A stretch of 64,000 nucleotides of DNA. It comes from Azolla caroliniana. Taxonomy: Eukaryota > Plantae > Polypodiophyta. The stretch spans positions 23,808,001-23,872,000 of the forward strand of contig JBHGNT010000004.1 in the NCBI GenBank assembly GCA_043228905.1. The letters run 5' to 3'. This document shows positions 32,501 to 46,277 of this stretch, one piece after another (the stretch's first letter is position 1; every line of letters starts with the position of its first letter). The position numbers and the translations under genes are program-made. The notes under the pieces are model-generated. The model was not told the DNA's origin, did no database searches, and saw nothing but the letters and a program-made list of their open reading frames with translations.

Positions 32501-35040
32501 GCTACGGACAAGAAAAGCACTAAAGACGTGTGACTAACTGTCCACTTGATTGGGTTTGAAAGAATTGGCCATATCATGCATATCATTGCCATTCCCACCC
32601 ATTTAGTGCCAAGATTTTGCCTTCATGCATTGAGACTATTTGATGCCTCTCCAGATAAAAAATCAGAGAGCGAGCCATCAATGCTCAAACACTTCACATC
32701 AATATTGTGAACTAGGAAACTTCAGTCAAAGTATGAGAAACTTTCCCATGTCAGAAAAGAGAACCTGCTTTTCTTCGCGATGAGACAATTTCCGTAGCAC
32801 AAAGAATGGCCTACTTTCCCTCATTCTTTCTCTAGCAGTGTTAAACATCACTCGACCAGATTCTACATCACAGACTAGCATGTAGAAGTTCATAACGTTA
32901 GGTCCTAATCCAAGGTATGAGAGTAATAGTGAGAACTCATCTAAAAGACCTAACTTTGGAAAAAACATGATCAATATTCTGAACTCGGAAACTTCAGTCA
33001 AAGTTTGAGAAACTTTCCAATGTTGGAAAAGAGAACCTGCTTTTCTTCGCGATGAGACAATTTATCATTCTTTCCCTAGCAGTGTTAAACATCACTCTAC
33101 CAGATTCTAAATCACAGACTAGCATGTAGGAGTTCATAACGTTCGGTCCTAATCCAAGGTATGAGAGTAATAGTGTGAACTCAACTAAAAGACCTAACTT
33201 TGGAAAAACAAAACTAAATATCTAAACTGATCAGGATGACTTACGTGACAGATGAGATGCTACGAAAAGAAAAGCAGCATCTTTAAGCATAAATGAAACA
33301 GCCACAGCTCCCTTCTGTCGTCCCGTAACAGCTCCATAAACTCCAGCACCTACTCTATCCACCCTCACATCTGTAAATTCAGTAGAAGATGAATAAATTA
33401 ACTTCAGCAATTTTAGAGCACTAACTTGAAAATTTGCTTTCTTGCAACATATAATTTATAGCAACACATTAAGACCTTTACCGAAGGAAGCCACTACCTT
33501 TAAAATAGTTTGATGAGATACTCCTGCTGATAACAAAGAGCTGAAGAGACGACATAGAGGCTGTGGCAACGAGGCTGTAACATTATTGAAAACACGGAAG
33601 ACAGAGATTTAGAAGCCATACAAAGAACATAAGATGAAGACCAAATTAGTATAAGTCATGGATAAAGAAATATGTGGGTATATACATAAAGCAAGTTAAG
33701 AGATGTATGGTTAAGAAGGATTTTTCTGCTAAACCTGTGGCCTTCTCCGAATGCACTGATTAGAAGCTTTTCTGCGTCAGAATTTGGGACTTCTTGCAAA
33801 CCTACTACGAATAGATCATAGAGTTCAGTGTCGAGAGAAGAAACAAATTTGCGGAGGTCGTGTAGAGCTAGCTTCTGCAACAAGAAGATATATCCCGAGT
33901 AAGTTTAGCGGTATATGTATATGCTGAACAGGAAAACCAGGAAAATCCAAAATGAAATATTCCATGTGAAAGTGAGACAGAAACATTAAACTGAGAAAGC
34001 TGCAAAAAGAATCCGTGGTGTGAAGTGGATTAAGAAACAGAGAAGAACATATGAAATGAGATGAAAGTTGAAAATGAAAAATGCAGACGAATGTATGAAG
34101 AGAGTAAATCTAAACACAATACAAGAAGCCGAACCAGGATAGCTGGCTTCTGCAAAGAGAAATAATGTCGTTGGCAAGAATAATCGGAAACCAAGAGTGG
34201 AAGAAGATGAGCAAGATTAAACAGAGAAAAACCTGCGATGCTAATTAATAAACAAGAAGGTAGAGAAGAAGAATCCAAAATAGAAGCCACAGCGTGAGCT
34301 AATAGGCAGAAAATAAGATGAAGATATGATGGTGAACCGAGATAATAAAAATCAGACAAAAACAGCAGAAGAAGATGAAAGCCATAATCACAATAAAAAG
34401 CAGAAAGGAAATTTGGCAAAGAGAAAAAGGTAACCTTTCCATTGACATTCCAAGTAAGTGCGAAAATACGAAGCGGAGCTCTGGAAGAGATGCTCAATTT
34501 CATACGATCGCCAGTGGAGCCGATCTTCCGTTCCTCTGTATGTTTCTTATCCGTGAAGATAGTATTGGAGTTGCAGACGTACTGTTTGTGGCAGCAATTA
34601 GAGATCCAAGCTGTGAAATCAAGAGAAAGATCAGCTTCGAGATGGCCATCCACCTTATCTCTGCGATGGCGATGGTGGCTTGACAGGTCCAGAGGAGGTG
34701 GGAATCCATTCATCTGTTCGTATAATGTGCGAGAAGACATGGCGCCAGTGCTCCCTTCTTCAGCGTCTGAGCTACCAAGTGTAAAAGAACGATCCGTCGT
34801 TCCTTCTTCCTCTTCTTCTGTCTCTAAATCGTCTTCTTCTTCCTGTTCTTCTTCTTCTTCTTCTTGCTGACGTTTGATGAGAGCTCTTAGGCTTGAGCTT
34901 TCCTTTACATTAACCTCAGCAGAATGGTGTTTACTATATGTGCAAGTAATCTGTATAGACTCCTTGACCTGTGCAGGATCGCTATGGCGTGAACAAGCTT
35001 CGGTGCAGATATGACTAATACAGCAGATGCAGTTCCCCAT
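29574..35040 (-). CDS. IP5P11: Inositol polyphosphate 5-phosphatase (type IV, IP5P11-like), 7 coding exons, ~503 aa
   Basis: Exons 35040-34435, 33874-33735, 33574-33498, 33370-33245, 32287-32022, 30528-30391 and 29732-29574, with GT-AG sites and consistent phases. Motifs TWNVNG, VVGLQE, KGAVAV, SHL, WLGDLNYRI, PTYKY, PSWTDRILY and SDHRPV. Confidence 0.9.
32716..33208. repeat. Two-copy ~270-bp tandem duplication in an intron
   Basis: GGAAACTTCAGTCAAAGT.TGAGAAACTTTCC starts at 32716 and 32987; copy 2 has a small deletion. Confidence 0.9.
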
Positions 35041-36024
35041 CTGATACGGTTCTTTCAGATTCCTCCTCTCTTATGCGGCCCATCTTCTTCTTCGATTTCT
35101 CCTCATCTACTGTGTAAACCGCATGCCTGTTGTGTCAATACAAACCTCTCTCCTGCTGCAACCAGGTTTACATTAATAGTTTAGATTCGGTCCCTGCTCA
35201 GTAAAATTAAAAACATTTGCTTTCGTCCTCAGGCATGAATCAATTTTAGAACCGATGTGGACGCGTTCGATCATTTTATTACTCTTTCAGCGTTGATCAG
35301 TAAACGCATTTGCAGACGCCAATTATTTAACGAATTCTACAGACATTGTGAAATCATTCGATGATTATACAGCCATTAAGCATTCAACGACTTTGCACAA
35401 ACATTATTCAAACATTCGATGATTTTACAGACATAAGCATTCAACGAATTTGCACAGACATGGACCAATTAGCTATTATGGAAGTTAGTAGTAGCTATTC
35501 GACGATTATTCGTATCATAGACATTAACGCATTCAAGGCGATTCTTTACACCCAGTTTAATCATTATTTCAAATACTGCGATAGGAAGACAATGAAACCT
35601 ATCAACACTTACACTGATTATTATTAATCAATGGCTAATTCTTCAGGCTAATTATGCACGAAGTAAAATCAAGTATTGACCTGCAGATTGTTCACACAGC
35701 TATGCTTCAGTAAATCGTACTTCCAATTCCTGCAATGGGAATGATGATGATGGTGATGACGAGTTCGTCTGAGGTTATATTCCAATTGCTATATAAACCT
35801 GAGAGAAAGAGGTATTTTAACGGACCCTGACAGTCTGGAAGATTAACGCTGAAGAGAGACCGGCAAAGCTAGGCATCTGCTGCAGATTGAGAGCGATGGC
35901 GAGGGCTGGGAGAAGGAGAAGAAGCAAGCGATTAGAAGGAAGGAGGTATCTGGGACGATGGAAGTAGGTAGATTGAACGGAAGGGATGGTGAAGCTGATG
36001 ATGCAGGTCTAAATTATTAAAGGA

Positions 36025-36069
<45 letters not shown>

Positions 36070-36456
36070 CAGAGAGAGATACGGAGGAAATGGTGGATAT
36101 GGCGATGGAACCTGCACTTCCTGCAGCTTCTTCTTCTTCTTCTTCTTCTTCTCTCTCTCTCTTTCTCTCTCTTCTGTCTATTTTTTTTCTTCGTAAAATC
36201 CCGTTCTCTCTTCTTTTTTTGGGGGGAGGGGGGGGGAGCATCGCACGTGCGGGTATTCTATTCCTGCAAAGTAGTATGTATGTATATACATACGCTCCCC
36301 TCTCTCTACGTATTTCTCTCTCTACGTATTTCTCTCTCTACGTATTTCTCTCTCTATCTCTACGTATTTCTCTATCTATCTCTACGTATTTCTCTCTCTT
36401 CTCCGAAACGGCCATTTTCCATTTCCCGGGAAAATACAAAATACTTTCAAAAATAG

Positions 36457-36496
<40 letters not shown>

Positions 36497-36636
36497 GCAT
36501 GGGCCAATTTTGGCCTTAGAAGACGTTAAATTTAATATTTCTTTCTTTCTTATTTCTTTCTCTCTTCTTCTGGCCTAGGCTTAGAATACTTACCAAGTTA
36601 TAACTTATCACCATATTCTTCTTTCTTTCTCTCTTC

Positions 36637-37495
36637 TTCTGGCCTAGGCTTAGAATACTTACCCAGGTTATCACCATATCTATCTGCATATTCTAATGTG
36701 AATGTACACCTGGCCATCACTTCACATTAGAATAGAGGAAGGAGACGCACATCAAGAGACGTCTGCTGTACTTGGGTCCTATGGATCAATATTTGGCCTC
36801 TCTATGGACGCCAAAAATATCTACATATCTATCTATCTTTAGATAGATAAAATAGATATGGTCATGGATGGGTTCTAATTCGACACTCGTCCACACCCTT
36901 GCAACCTCCTCGGCATCGACCACCTTCGGTAATGGCATGGCACGATCCGTTGCATTTAGCATTCGGCTCTCGTATTCCATGTTATCTTTAAACGTGTGTC
37001 TATGTGTTGGTCGTTAAACTATAAAGATGTTAGGGACCATCTGTAGGTTACTTTACAACTCAAATTCTTCTGGCCTAGGCTTAGAATACTTACCCAAGTT
37101 ATCACCATATCTATCTACATATTCTAATGTGAATGTACACCCGACCATCACTTCACATTAGAATAGAGGAAGGAGACACACATCAAGAGACATGTGTTGT
37201 ACTTAGGTCCTATGGATCAATATTTGGCCTCTCTATGGACGCCAAAAATATCTACATATTTATCTATCTTTAGATAGATAAATAGATATGGTCATGGATG
37301 GTTTCTCATTCGACACCCGTCCACGCCCTTGCGTCCTCCTCGGCATCGACCACATTCGCTAATGGCATGGCACCATCCGTTGCATTTAGCGTTCGGCTCT
37401 CATATTCCATGTTATCTATAAACGGGTGTCTATGTGTTGGTCATTAAACTGTAAAGATGTTAGGGACCATCTGTAGGTTACTTTACAACTCAAAT
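36637..37495. repeat. Two-copy ~430-bp tandem duplication, plus a short third start at ~36568
   Basis: TTCTGGCCTAGGCTTAGAATACTTACC...CTTTACAACTCAAATT repeated. Confidence 0.9.
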
Positions 37496-39014
37496 TGGTG
37501 CTTAAACTGTTAGGACACGTTTTTTCGTGTTTTTAATTAAAGTCATGTGATGATCAAAACGTGGCGGTTGGTTACGTTAGTATGTCTTGCACGCAAGAAC
37601 CATACAAGAGTTCATGACTTTGAATTCAAAGAATCGCCCTTCTACTATCCATTACCAATATGCCAATTGAACAAACAACCTATGAATGTTTTGCTACATT
37701 TGTCTCTTCGTGAAACTGTGGCACTTCATTCAACTTTAATATATTTCTTTGTCCATGATGTCATCCACAAATGAAATGAAAAGACATTGTGCTATAAAGG
37801 AGGCCACTGAATGCAAAGCCCAAACAGGGCCCAATAAGCATGTCGATAATATTTCAAATTTAATGGACCCAGTCTTGTCCATTCTTGACAATCGGCTTGG
37901 GTATTGCAGACATGGTTGCAAATTGTGATTTTGGTTTATCGCATCCTTTCGTCATCAATTAGTCATAGTCAAATTAATGTTTATTGAAGTTAAGTTTAGG
38001 GTTTCTTGTGTCTTTGTTCCTTCTTCAATCCATGTGGCAGACTTGCAAAGAACGGTTTGTCTAAGTGAATGGATGTTACAATGTATCAATTGGGGGTAGA
38101 CATTTACTTTGCAGTATTGGTACCACAAATATGATGACAAAAGAGAGTGGCAAGAGCATCATTTTCCTAATTTGTTGTGTTTTCTTCTTCAACAATGGTT
38201 TCTTGTGGCATGTCGAAGGGGCAATGTAGATTGAGTAAAACTTTCATAGTGAAACAATAGAAATTATAACTATCCACGACACAATGATTTAAGACATTTA
38301 ATGATTTGTACGTATTTACCTTTCTTTCTCTACTCCACTTTGATTATTGATATATTCCTCCTCTCTAACTCTCTTCCACTTGATGGATTTTATCGTTTAC
38401 GAATTTCCCTATCATCTTTTCCTCCCTCTCTCTCTCTCTACGGTGAAAACACACAATTATATTAATAAATGCGGGAAAAACACTATATACAATGGGTGTC
38501 ACAATAGAGTGTGGTCACCCACTAACTACATGGGTAGTGGAATATGTTAAAATGCCAATAGGTAAAACGAACACTCCATTTAGGAAAGAATTTCCACTTG
38601 CTCCAATAAAGAAATTTGTCACATTAGTAATCTATTAGACTTTTGTATATATGTTTATAATCCACGTCTACCTTCAAATACAAAAGCATTGCACATATCC
38701 CAATTATGACGCAATCCCTAATACCTCAGAAATAGGAAAACAATATTTATCTTTGGTTTTGGGTCAACCTGTATAAAATGTGTAAACACCCACTGCTTAG
38801 CGTCAAATAACATCGTGATAAAACTTGCCAAATTTGAGAAATGTAACTCCAAATATGATATGCAATCAAACATTATATAAAATGTTGAATACTACCTTCA
38901 AATTGAACAATGCAAAAGAAGCAATTGCCCATTAAAACTAACCCCAAAGGCAATCCCTACAAGTGGCAAATTAAATGCTAATTACATTTTAAGTTTGCCA
39001 CTAACAATCGGCAA

Positions 39015-39205
39015 TGGTTCGGTTTGAGAGGGTCAAACCCAAACCATTAAATTGTTTTGAAACCTAAACCGAACCGAACCATGAAACCGTTAAATCGAAC
39101 CGGTAAAAAAATTTCAAACCGTAATAAATAAAAAACCGTTAAAACCGCGGTTTCTAAAGGTTGAAACTAAACCAAACCATTTAAACCGGTAAGCCGAGGT
39201 TTCGC
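39015..39205. mobile_element. AAACCG-rich subterminal repeat region of a probable DNA transposon remnant
   Basis: Dense AAACCG/AACCGAACC motifs; no TIR or TSD resolved. Confidence 0.35.
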
Positions 39206-40620
39206 GATTGTTATTTGCCACCGTCAATGAACATATTTGTGTATTTTCCATTATTTTTTCAGCCTTAGACGATATCCACCCAAGAGACTCAACGGAGCAA
39301 TGATACAAATGATTAGCAGCCACTTGTAAAAGCAATGTCTGACCTCGCAAACACCAATCAATCCGCATCTCTCTCTCTCTCTCTCTCTCCGTCATTGATT
39401 CAGAATACAAACTTGTCGAAGCCTTATTTATTCATTCTCTATATGATTTTATGAAGATTGCAAGCCTCCAATGCAAATAGTCGTTATTCTAATATTTACA
39501 TGTTTGTACAAGAACAAAGCATTTTCCAATGTCACGTTAGTGTGGGAAAATGGCCAAAATAAAGTTCTAACAAATTGGGATAACATGGAGACCTATGCAT
39601 GTACAAGTAGATACAACAAACTCTTTATACAATGGTTAGACATTGGAACTGGAGTTTGAGTTTGTTTGATCATCTATAGGAACAAGATTGTTGAAAGTGG
39701 TTCAATGCTAGGTTTGTGCCTATATGAGTTTTTTGTATGCCAAGACAATCTAAGGATTACCCCCTAAAAAAGGTGCACATTTTTTTATTTAATTGTAGCT
39801 TGCCCTCATAAAAGTTATTTATGTTGTTAGTTTAATTTGTTATGTATCATGTCATGCATCTTAAACCTGCTAGGTAAAGGGAGATAGTTTGACAAACTTA
39901 TAATGTCCACCACATGATGTTGAATTACAATCCATGAGAAAGAACCAAAGCCTTGTGTTAATGATTGAAGTTCAGAAAGAAATAAGGTTAGTATGTGGGA
40001 AGAATCAAGATTACCAATACAGTTTGTTTGGATAAGAACAAGCTCATTGTCACACGGATAAAGTGAGAAGTTGGCTCATTGGTGGCTAGTGGAGCATTCA
40101 TTATGGAACAAACATATATCTAACGTATGGTTTAAGGATGAACGTTGTACCACTTACTCTGACAACTAAATAATGTAGAAATAAGAGAATATGCCTCTCT
40201 TGAGTCACAAGGCACACATTGTGTTGCAATTGTCCCCACATATTAAGTGAGCCCCTCATTTGATAGGTGTCTTCATTCTTATAAAGAAAATCAACATTCA
40301 ACCCATAACTTTAGCATTCACTTTTGCACTATATATAGAGCTAGAGAAACTCATGCAAAACATCAAAGATAATATTATGTAATTTGCCTTCTAACATCAT
40401 AACTTACACTCGAAAAGTTGTGAGAGACGACAAAAGTAAATTTGTGGGATAAATTTTGAGGGTTGTGTTATAATGAAACTTGTACGCACATTTTTTCCGG
40501 ATAGGCATACTTACCATAATCATACACAAATAATTGGTATTTCATAATGCAACCACGAGAGGCTTATGCGATATATCATCCACAAATAAGTGAATATTAA
40601 ATTCAGGGAATACATTCAAA

Positions 40621-41074
40621 AGCATAGCTAAAATTCCAACATCCTCCTAAAATAATTATCTTCGTCCTAGTTCCCATAACCCCCATATTGCCTTGACGAA
40701 TGTTGAAAGTTATGCTATAAAGACCAATTAGTGCACCCAATGGACTCCCCATTTCTACTACCTCGATGCACAATTTTTTATTCAGGTGCTTTCTTTCAAG
40801 TATTGGCCATAAAGAAGACTATAGAACAATAATGCCGTGAGGTGTGATATATAGCATAGCTAAAATTCCAACATGCTCCTAAAATAATTATCTTCGTCCT
40901 AGTTCCCATAACCCCCATATTGCCTTCACGAATGTTGAAAGTTATGCTATAAAGACCAATTAGTGCACCCAATGGACTCCCCATTTCTACTACCTCGATG
41001 CACAATTTTTTATTCAGGTGCTTTCTTTCAAGTATTGGCCATAAAGAAGACTATAGAACAATAATGGCGTGAGG

Positions 41075-41082
<8 letters not shown>
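40621..41082. repeat. Two-copy ~232-bp tandem duplication ending in (AT)n
   Basis: AGCATAGCTAAAATTCCAACAT starts at 40621 and ~40853. Confidence 0.9.
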
Positions 41083-41109
<27 letters not shown>

Positions 41110-42215
41110 TTTCACAAGCAATAAAGTGGGCCATTATGAACATGGACAATGTTGTCAACTGATGTTGATAGAACTTCAATTTGGAGGGAGAGGCAAGGTC
41201 CTCAGTCAGGACTCAGAATCCATTTAAAGTCTCCAAGCCAAATTCCATAAAGTATACAAGTTAGTGTGCAACTTATATCTTTCTAGGGACAAATATTCAT
41301 ATGATCTTTTTTCAGATGATGCACGATTGTATTTAATTATAAAATAGATGTACAATTTTTTGAGAAAGGGATGGACTTAACTAAGCTATGTTGATCTCAT
41401 TTGTGTGAAATATTGAGGAATAACTCGCTAAAAGGAACATGGCATAGAGTGACAAATCGCCCAGAGATAATAAAAAAAGTGGATTGTTGCGCTTATTCAA
41501 GATAAATAAAATGAGATGTGATCTTACGAGTATTTATACAAGGGAAGTGTATACGGGATCGATGTGCCTCCAAGGAGAGATAATCACATATTTAAAGTAC
41601 ACAAGATGCATAGGCTAGCTTTGATGTACATGTAAAACTCGAGAAACGAAGTAAAACACATTAGCCAATATAGGTGTTGTCAAATGTAAAGGCCATAGGC
41701 ACATAAAGAGTTGGGAAAATGTTCGAAATATACTTAAATCTAGATTAACATCCGGAATATCACACTTTCTCTTGATGACTTAAAAATTAACATTTTAAGA
41801 GCACAAATGGAAAAATATTTATAGATATGAAAATTGATTTAAAATAATTGCAAAATGATGTTTAGCTACGTAATAATATCAAATTATTGATTACTCTCTT
41901 CTTCTTTTTTAAACTGGGGTACTTTGATAGAAGCTTCATTGGGTGATTATGCCTCTATCTAAAAGGGAGATTCAAAGAGCAATCATATGTTTCGTGTGAG
42001 TAGGAGCCCAATTTTGACGAACCATATATAAAAGTATATATGTACATATAATGTAACAATGTATGTAGGTAGGTAGGTAGTTTGAAAATAAGGAAGCATA
42101 CATTTTCACAAAGTTCATATAAAAGCTTAAAGTTATGACAATGCAAAGATGCGAATTTATCAATGAACATTTAATTTTTATACAGTATGAGGCTACATGT
42201 AACATATGTAGAAAA

Positions 42216-42824
42216 GGAGGTTCATTCTTCTTACAAGAACGCTACGTGGACATATGGTTATTAGTGGTCTGCCTTACAGTTTGGCAAGTGTGGGTATCTA
42301 GGTGCAAGGAAACTTTCACAGGTAAGCAAACCCTACTGGCTGAGAATTTAATGATGATCTGGTTTAATCTTATTTCTACGTTACGAGGAGAGTTTGAAAG
42401 TCTTCAAGGGCCCTCAGACACAAGTGAAGAAGCTACAGCTCTGTTCCTTCTGAAATGGAGCGGTTCGTCGATGCTGCAGATGGTGGAATGGTAAAGCGAA
42501 GTGGAATTATCAACCACCACGGTGGTTGTTCTCTCCGAGTGTACCTAACATCTAGATGGGTGCTGCCATGAGAAGTGAGTGGAGGATGTCTATGCTGAAT
42601 TCGGGTTGTATGAGGCTCACATGGAGAGTATGCGTTCGGGTAATGCTATGCTCATCGAATGATATGGTGTTTTGGAATTGTTTTTGTTGTTTCCTCTACA
42701 CATATTGTTTTCTTTTGACATGCAAGGTGGCCTGTAAGATATGAGTTGTATATTATCCTATGTACGTTGCCTTAACTGATGGAAGTAGTTTTAAATATAA
42801 AAAAATAAAAAAAATAAATAAATA
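42216..42824 (+). mobile_element. 5'-truncated L1-type LINE insertion
   Basis: A 15-bp TSD AACATATGTAGAAAA lies at 42201-42215 and 42825-42839, with an A-rich tail. The ORF2 C-terminal-like peptide reads VWQVWVSRCKETF. Confidence 0.85.
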
Positions 42825-44916
42825 AACATATGTAGAAAATATAAATTACACTAGATATAAGTATTTAAACAATATTTTGGGGACATGACCATGGCTTTGT
42901 AATGCTCTCACATTCGTTTAAATTTTAACTATAAACCAAATAACAAAACAACATTATGCATAAAAAATAAGTGTATTATTTTAGACTTCATCTAGTGAGT
43001 TGCTTAAACAATTCTATTCAAGTTGTTGTTAGGCATGCTTTTGCATATGCTGATGTTATGAAATCTTGACATCTTAAATCCCTCTAAGAAGAGTAATTGT
43101 TACCCCATTGTCGTCAAACTTTAATTTGTCCCAATTTGATCTCAGTTTTTTCGTTTCATTTTTATAAGTGCAATCGTCAAAAAAATTTGAACTTAGAGGT
43201 ATTTGTTGTTTGGGGGCCAAATACAAGGTTAAAGGAAAACTTGTATCCATTGTGTCTTTATTCATCATTTGCCAACACAATGTTTAACTCGATATAGTTC
43301 TTTTGTTTTTATTTTATTTCATATAGAAGAAGAAAACCCATGGTCACTTGCTGAATGCAATTGCTAAACCCATCGTTTTATGTTCCTCACAATTATGTGT
43401 GTGTGTGTGTGTGTGTATACACACGTGACACACACACATGTATGTATGTATGTATGTATGTATATTCAAAACACTTCAGAACCCAACCTCGTGCTTCTTT
43501 ACTAAGAAAACAAATCAATATGTACTTGCCTTTGGCATCCAATCTCTTTTTTCCCATAATTGCATTTAGTGGCCAAACTCTTATCTTCTTTTTTTAAGGT
43601 CTTTGATAACAACTCTTGCATTTGGCAACTTAATTTTTGTTCTTGCTTTTAATTATTACGGAAAAAGATACGCATTGCATTGCATAGCCTAATGCAAGGA
43701 AGGTGTTTACTCGTGTCATTTTTTTTCCAATTAAGTTAAGAAATCAATCAAATGAAGAAAAGCTTGGAGGTGTGGAAAGCAAGGCCCAAAGCTCATGTTC
43801 TTTTTTATTTACTAAGAAAATAATAATAATAATAGCCCTTGCATTCTACACTTGAGAGAAGGCTCAAGCTTTTCTCCCATTAATAAGCAATTGAAATAAA
43901 AAATTGTACTATTGCTTTTGATGGCCAAACATAAAGCTCAAACTCATGTTTTACATTCTAACTATGAACAACAAGAACTCTTGCATTCAATGGTCAAATG
44001 TGATGCATAAGCTTATATTTTCTATTCTAAATTATTACAATAAGTAAAAAAAATTTAAAAAAACTTGACTTGAGGCTACAAATGCGAGGTCCAAAATCAT
44101 ATCATCACCTTGGCACGTTTGTACACAAAAACTCGAGTTATTATCATCTAACACATTTCTTTTGGCAATATCGGCATGATACCATATCGTGAGTAAGTGT
44201 GTTTTTACATGATGCATTATTTGATTTTCTAAGTATCTCCCAAATGGTCCTAATCAACCATGTGATCAAATGGGGTTGTGAAGAACACTGTGTCCTTGAC
44301 ACAAGAAACCAATGATCTAACAAAGACTTAACAATCACCCCAACATGAACCTTTGATAAGTTATCTATTGAACTTGATCATTTAACATATCTTATAGTTG
44401 CCTCAAACCATCAAAATTGATTCGATTACCATAATTAAGTGGATACTTTAATAAGTTATATGGTAGACTTGTTTGTCCAATATATATTCTAGATGGCTCA
44501 AACCATCAAATTTATTTTGATTACCATAATTACGTGGATAGTTAGAAACAAGATTATCATGGTCATTTACTTGGCTCAATTCTCAATCTTGGTTTACAAT
44601 GACAAATTACCATCTTAGGCCACCGATTTACAAACATAAATTGGGTTTGCTTAATATCATAGCTTCTCGACATCAAACTATGGCCTTTGGTAGCGTGTAG
44701 CATCGATATCCATCAATGTTGGGCTATCAATCGTCATCAACCAAAGCATGTTTTTGTGCTTGGCACACGTGCCTCAAAGGTGGTGTCACTACTACCAAAT
44801 CATGTGTTTGCGCATGTTTAGGACATAACATTTGTTGTCACTCATAGTATCGCTCGAACAAGTGATTATCACATTGCACGTTTCAACTTGTCATATTCAT
44901 AAGAAACTCGGGGTAA

Positions 44917-45566
44917 GCAAATTTCACATTATTTCATACCTCACGATGGTGATCCATCAATTTCTCTTCATCCCTTGAAATATTGTATACACAACAAGGT
45001 GAAAGTCTCCCACATAAGCCCAAGCAAGGTGATCTCCTTGTCACACAATCTTTGTTTATCACCATCCCCACATTGTCGTGGCGGGTCCAAGATAGAAAAA
45101 TAGTGAAAAGGATAGGGCAAGGATATAAGAATCAATACATAATAATATTTGTTATGAAAGAGAAATAAAACTAATAAGACTAATGTGGTTAAGGGCATTA
45201 ATTTGGATGAAAATCAGAGAGTTTTGAGTCTTAACAAGGGCCGCAAATTTCACATTATTTCATACCTCACGATGGTGATCCATCAATTTCTCTTCATCCC
45301 TTGAAATATTGTATACAGTAAGGTGAAAGTCTCCCACATAACCCCAAGCAAGGTGAACTCCTTGTCACACAATCTTTGTTTATCACCATCCCCACATTGT
45401 CGTGGCGGGTCCAAGAGTAGAAAAAGAGTGGAAAGGATAGGGCAAGGATATAAGAATCAATGCATAATAATATTTATTATGAAAGAGAAATAAAACTAAT
45501 AAGACTAATATGGTTAAGGGCATTACTTTGGATGAAAATTGGAGAGTTTTGTGTCTTAATAAGGGC
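44917..45566. repeat. Two-copy ~325-bp tandem duplication
   Basis: GCAAATTTCACATTATTTCATACCTCACGATGG starts at ~44917 and ~45243. Confidence 0.9.
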
Positions 45567-46277
45567 AATAGTAAATAGAATATTGCTTTTGGGGAATCTC
45601 AATAAAAGAGGAGAGGGGTGCCTAGGGTTTTACATTTGTTCTCTCCTTCCACAATGAAAAGGGAGGGAGGGAATGGTGGGGGTTCCTTGTTCATTGTTTT
45701 TGTAAAATAACCCTCTATTTGGGGGGCGAGGGGTTTGTGGTGTGGTTGAGAGGAGGAGAAGAGAAGGGATGAGTTTATGGGTTTTGTTCTTGATATTCTT
45801 CTTTTTGGTTCGTCGTACATTATCTTTAGGGTCATTATTCTTTTTCTTTACCTTCATACTTTGCTCTATTAAAGGATTGTTTGGGGATTGTTAGGGTTTA
45901 TGTGAGTTTGTGTGAGGGGAGAAACTTAGGGAGTGTGCGGGGCATCAAATGAGAAATTCACATGGGAGAAGACCGCAACAAAGCATGGAAAGCTACATCC
46001 GAAAAAGGTTGGGTGGCCATTAATAAAAGCTCAAGCCACAAAACTCGAGAATCTTCCTCCCAATCCATTATTTTCTTTTGTGTAATTTCCCCCATAGTTG
46101 CATCCTATGTGAAAGGGTTTTTGTCTGTATTAGAAATATGATTAAGTCGATCTCAAGGTTCGAGACATCATAATTGTGAGATTTAAGATCACATATAATT
46201 TAAAACTTCATAATCTCTATTTAGTCTAATACGTGCTTTTCAAAATCATCCTAAAAAATTTGTGCCCAAACATGTGA

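Noticed and set aside
34030-34434. Hydrophobic C-terminal part of the 336-aa ORF as a transmembrane domain
   Set aside because: It is read-through into intron 1 past the GT donor at 34434.
36090-36578. 162-aa hydrophobic ORF
   Set aside because: It is a translation of CT/TCT microsatellites and a TCTCTACGTATT minisatellite in a promoter region.
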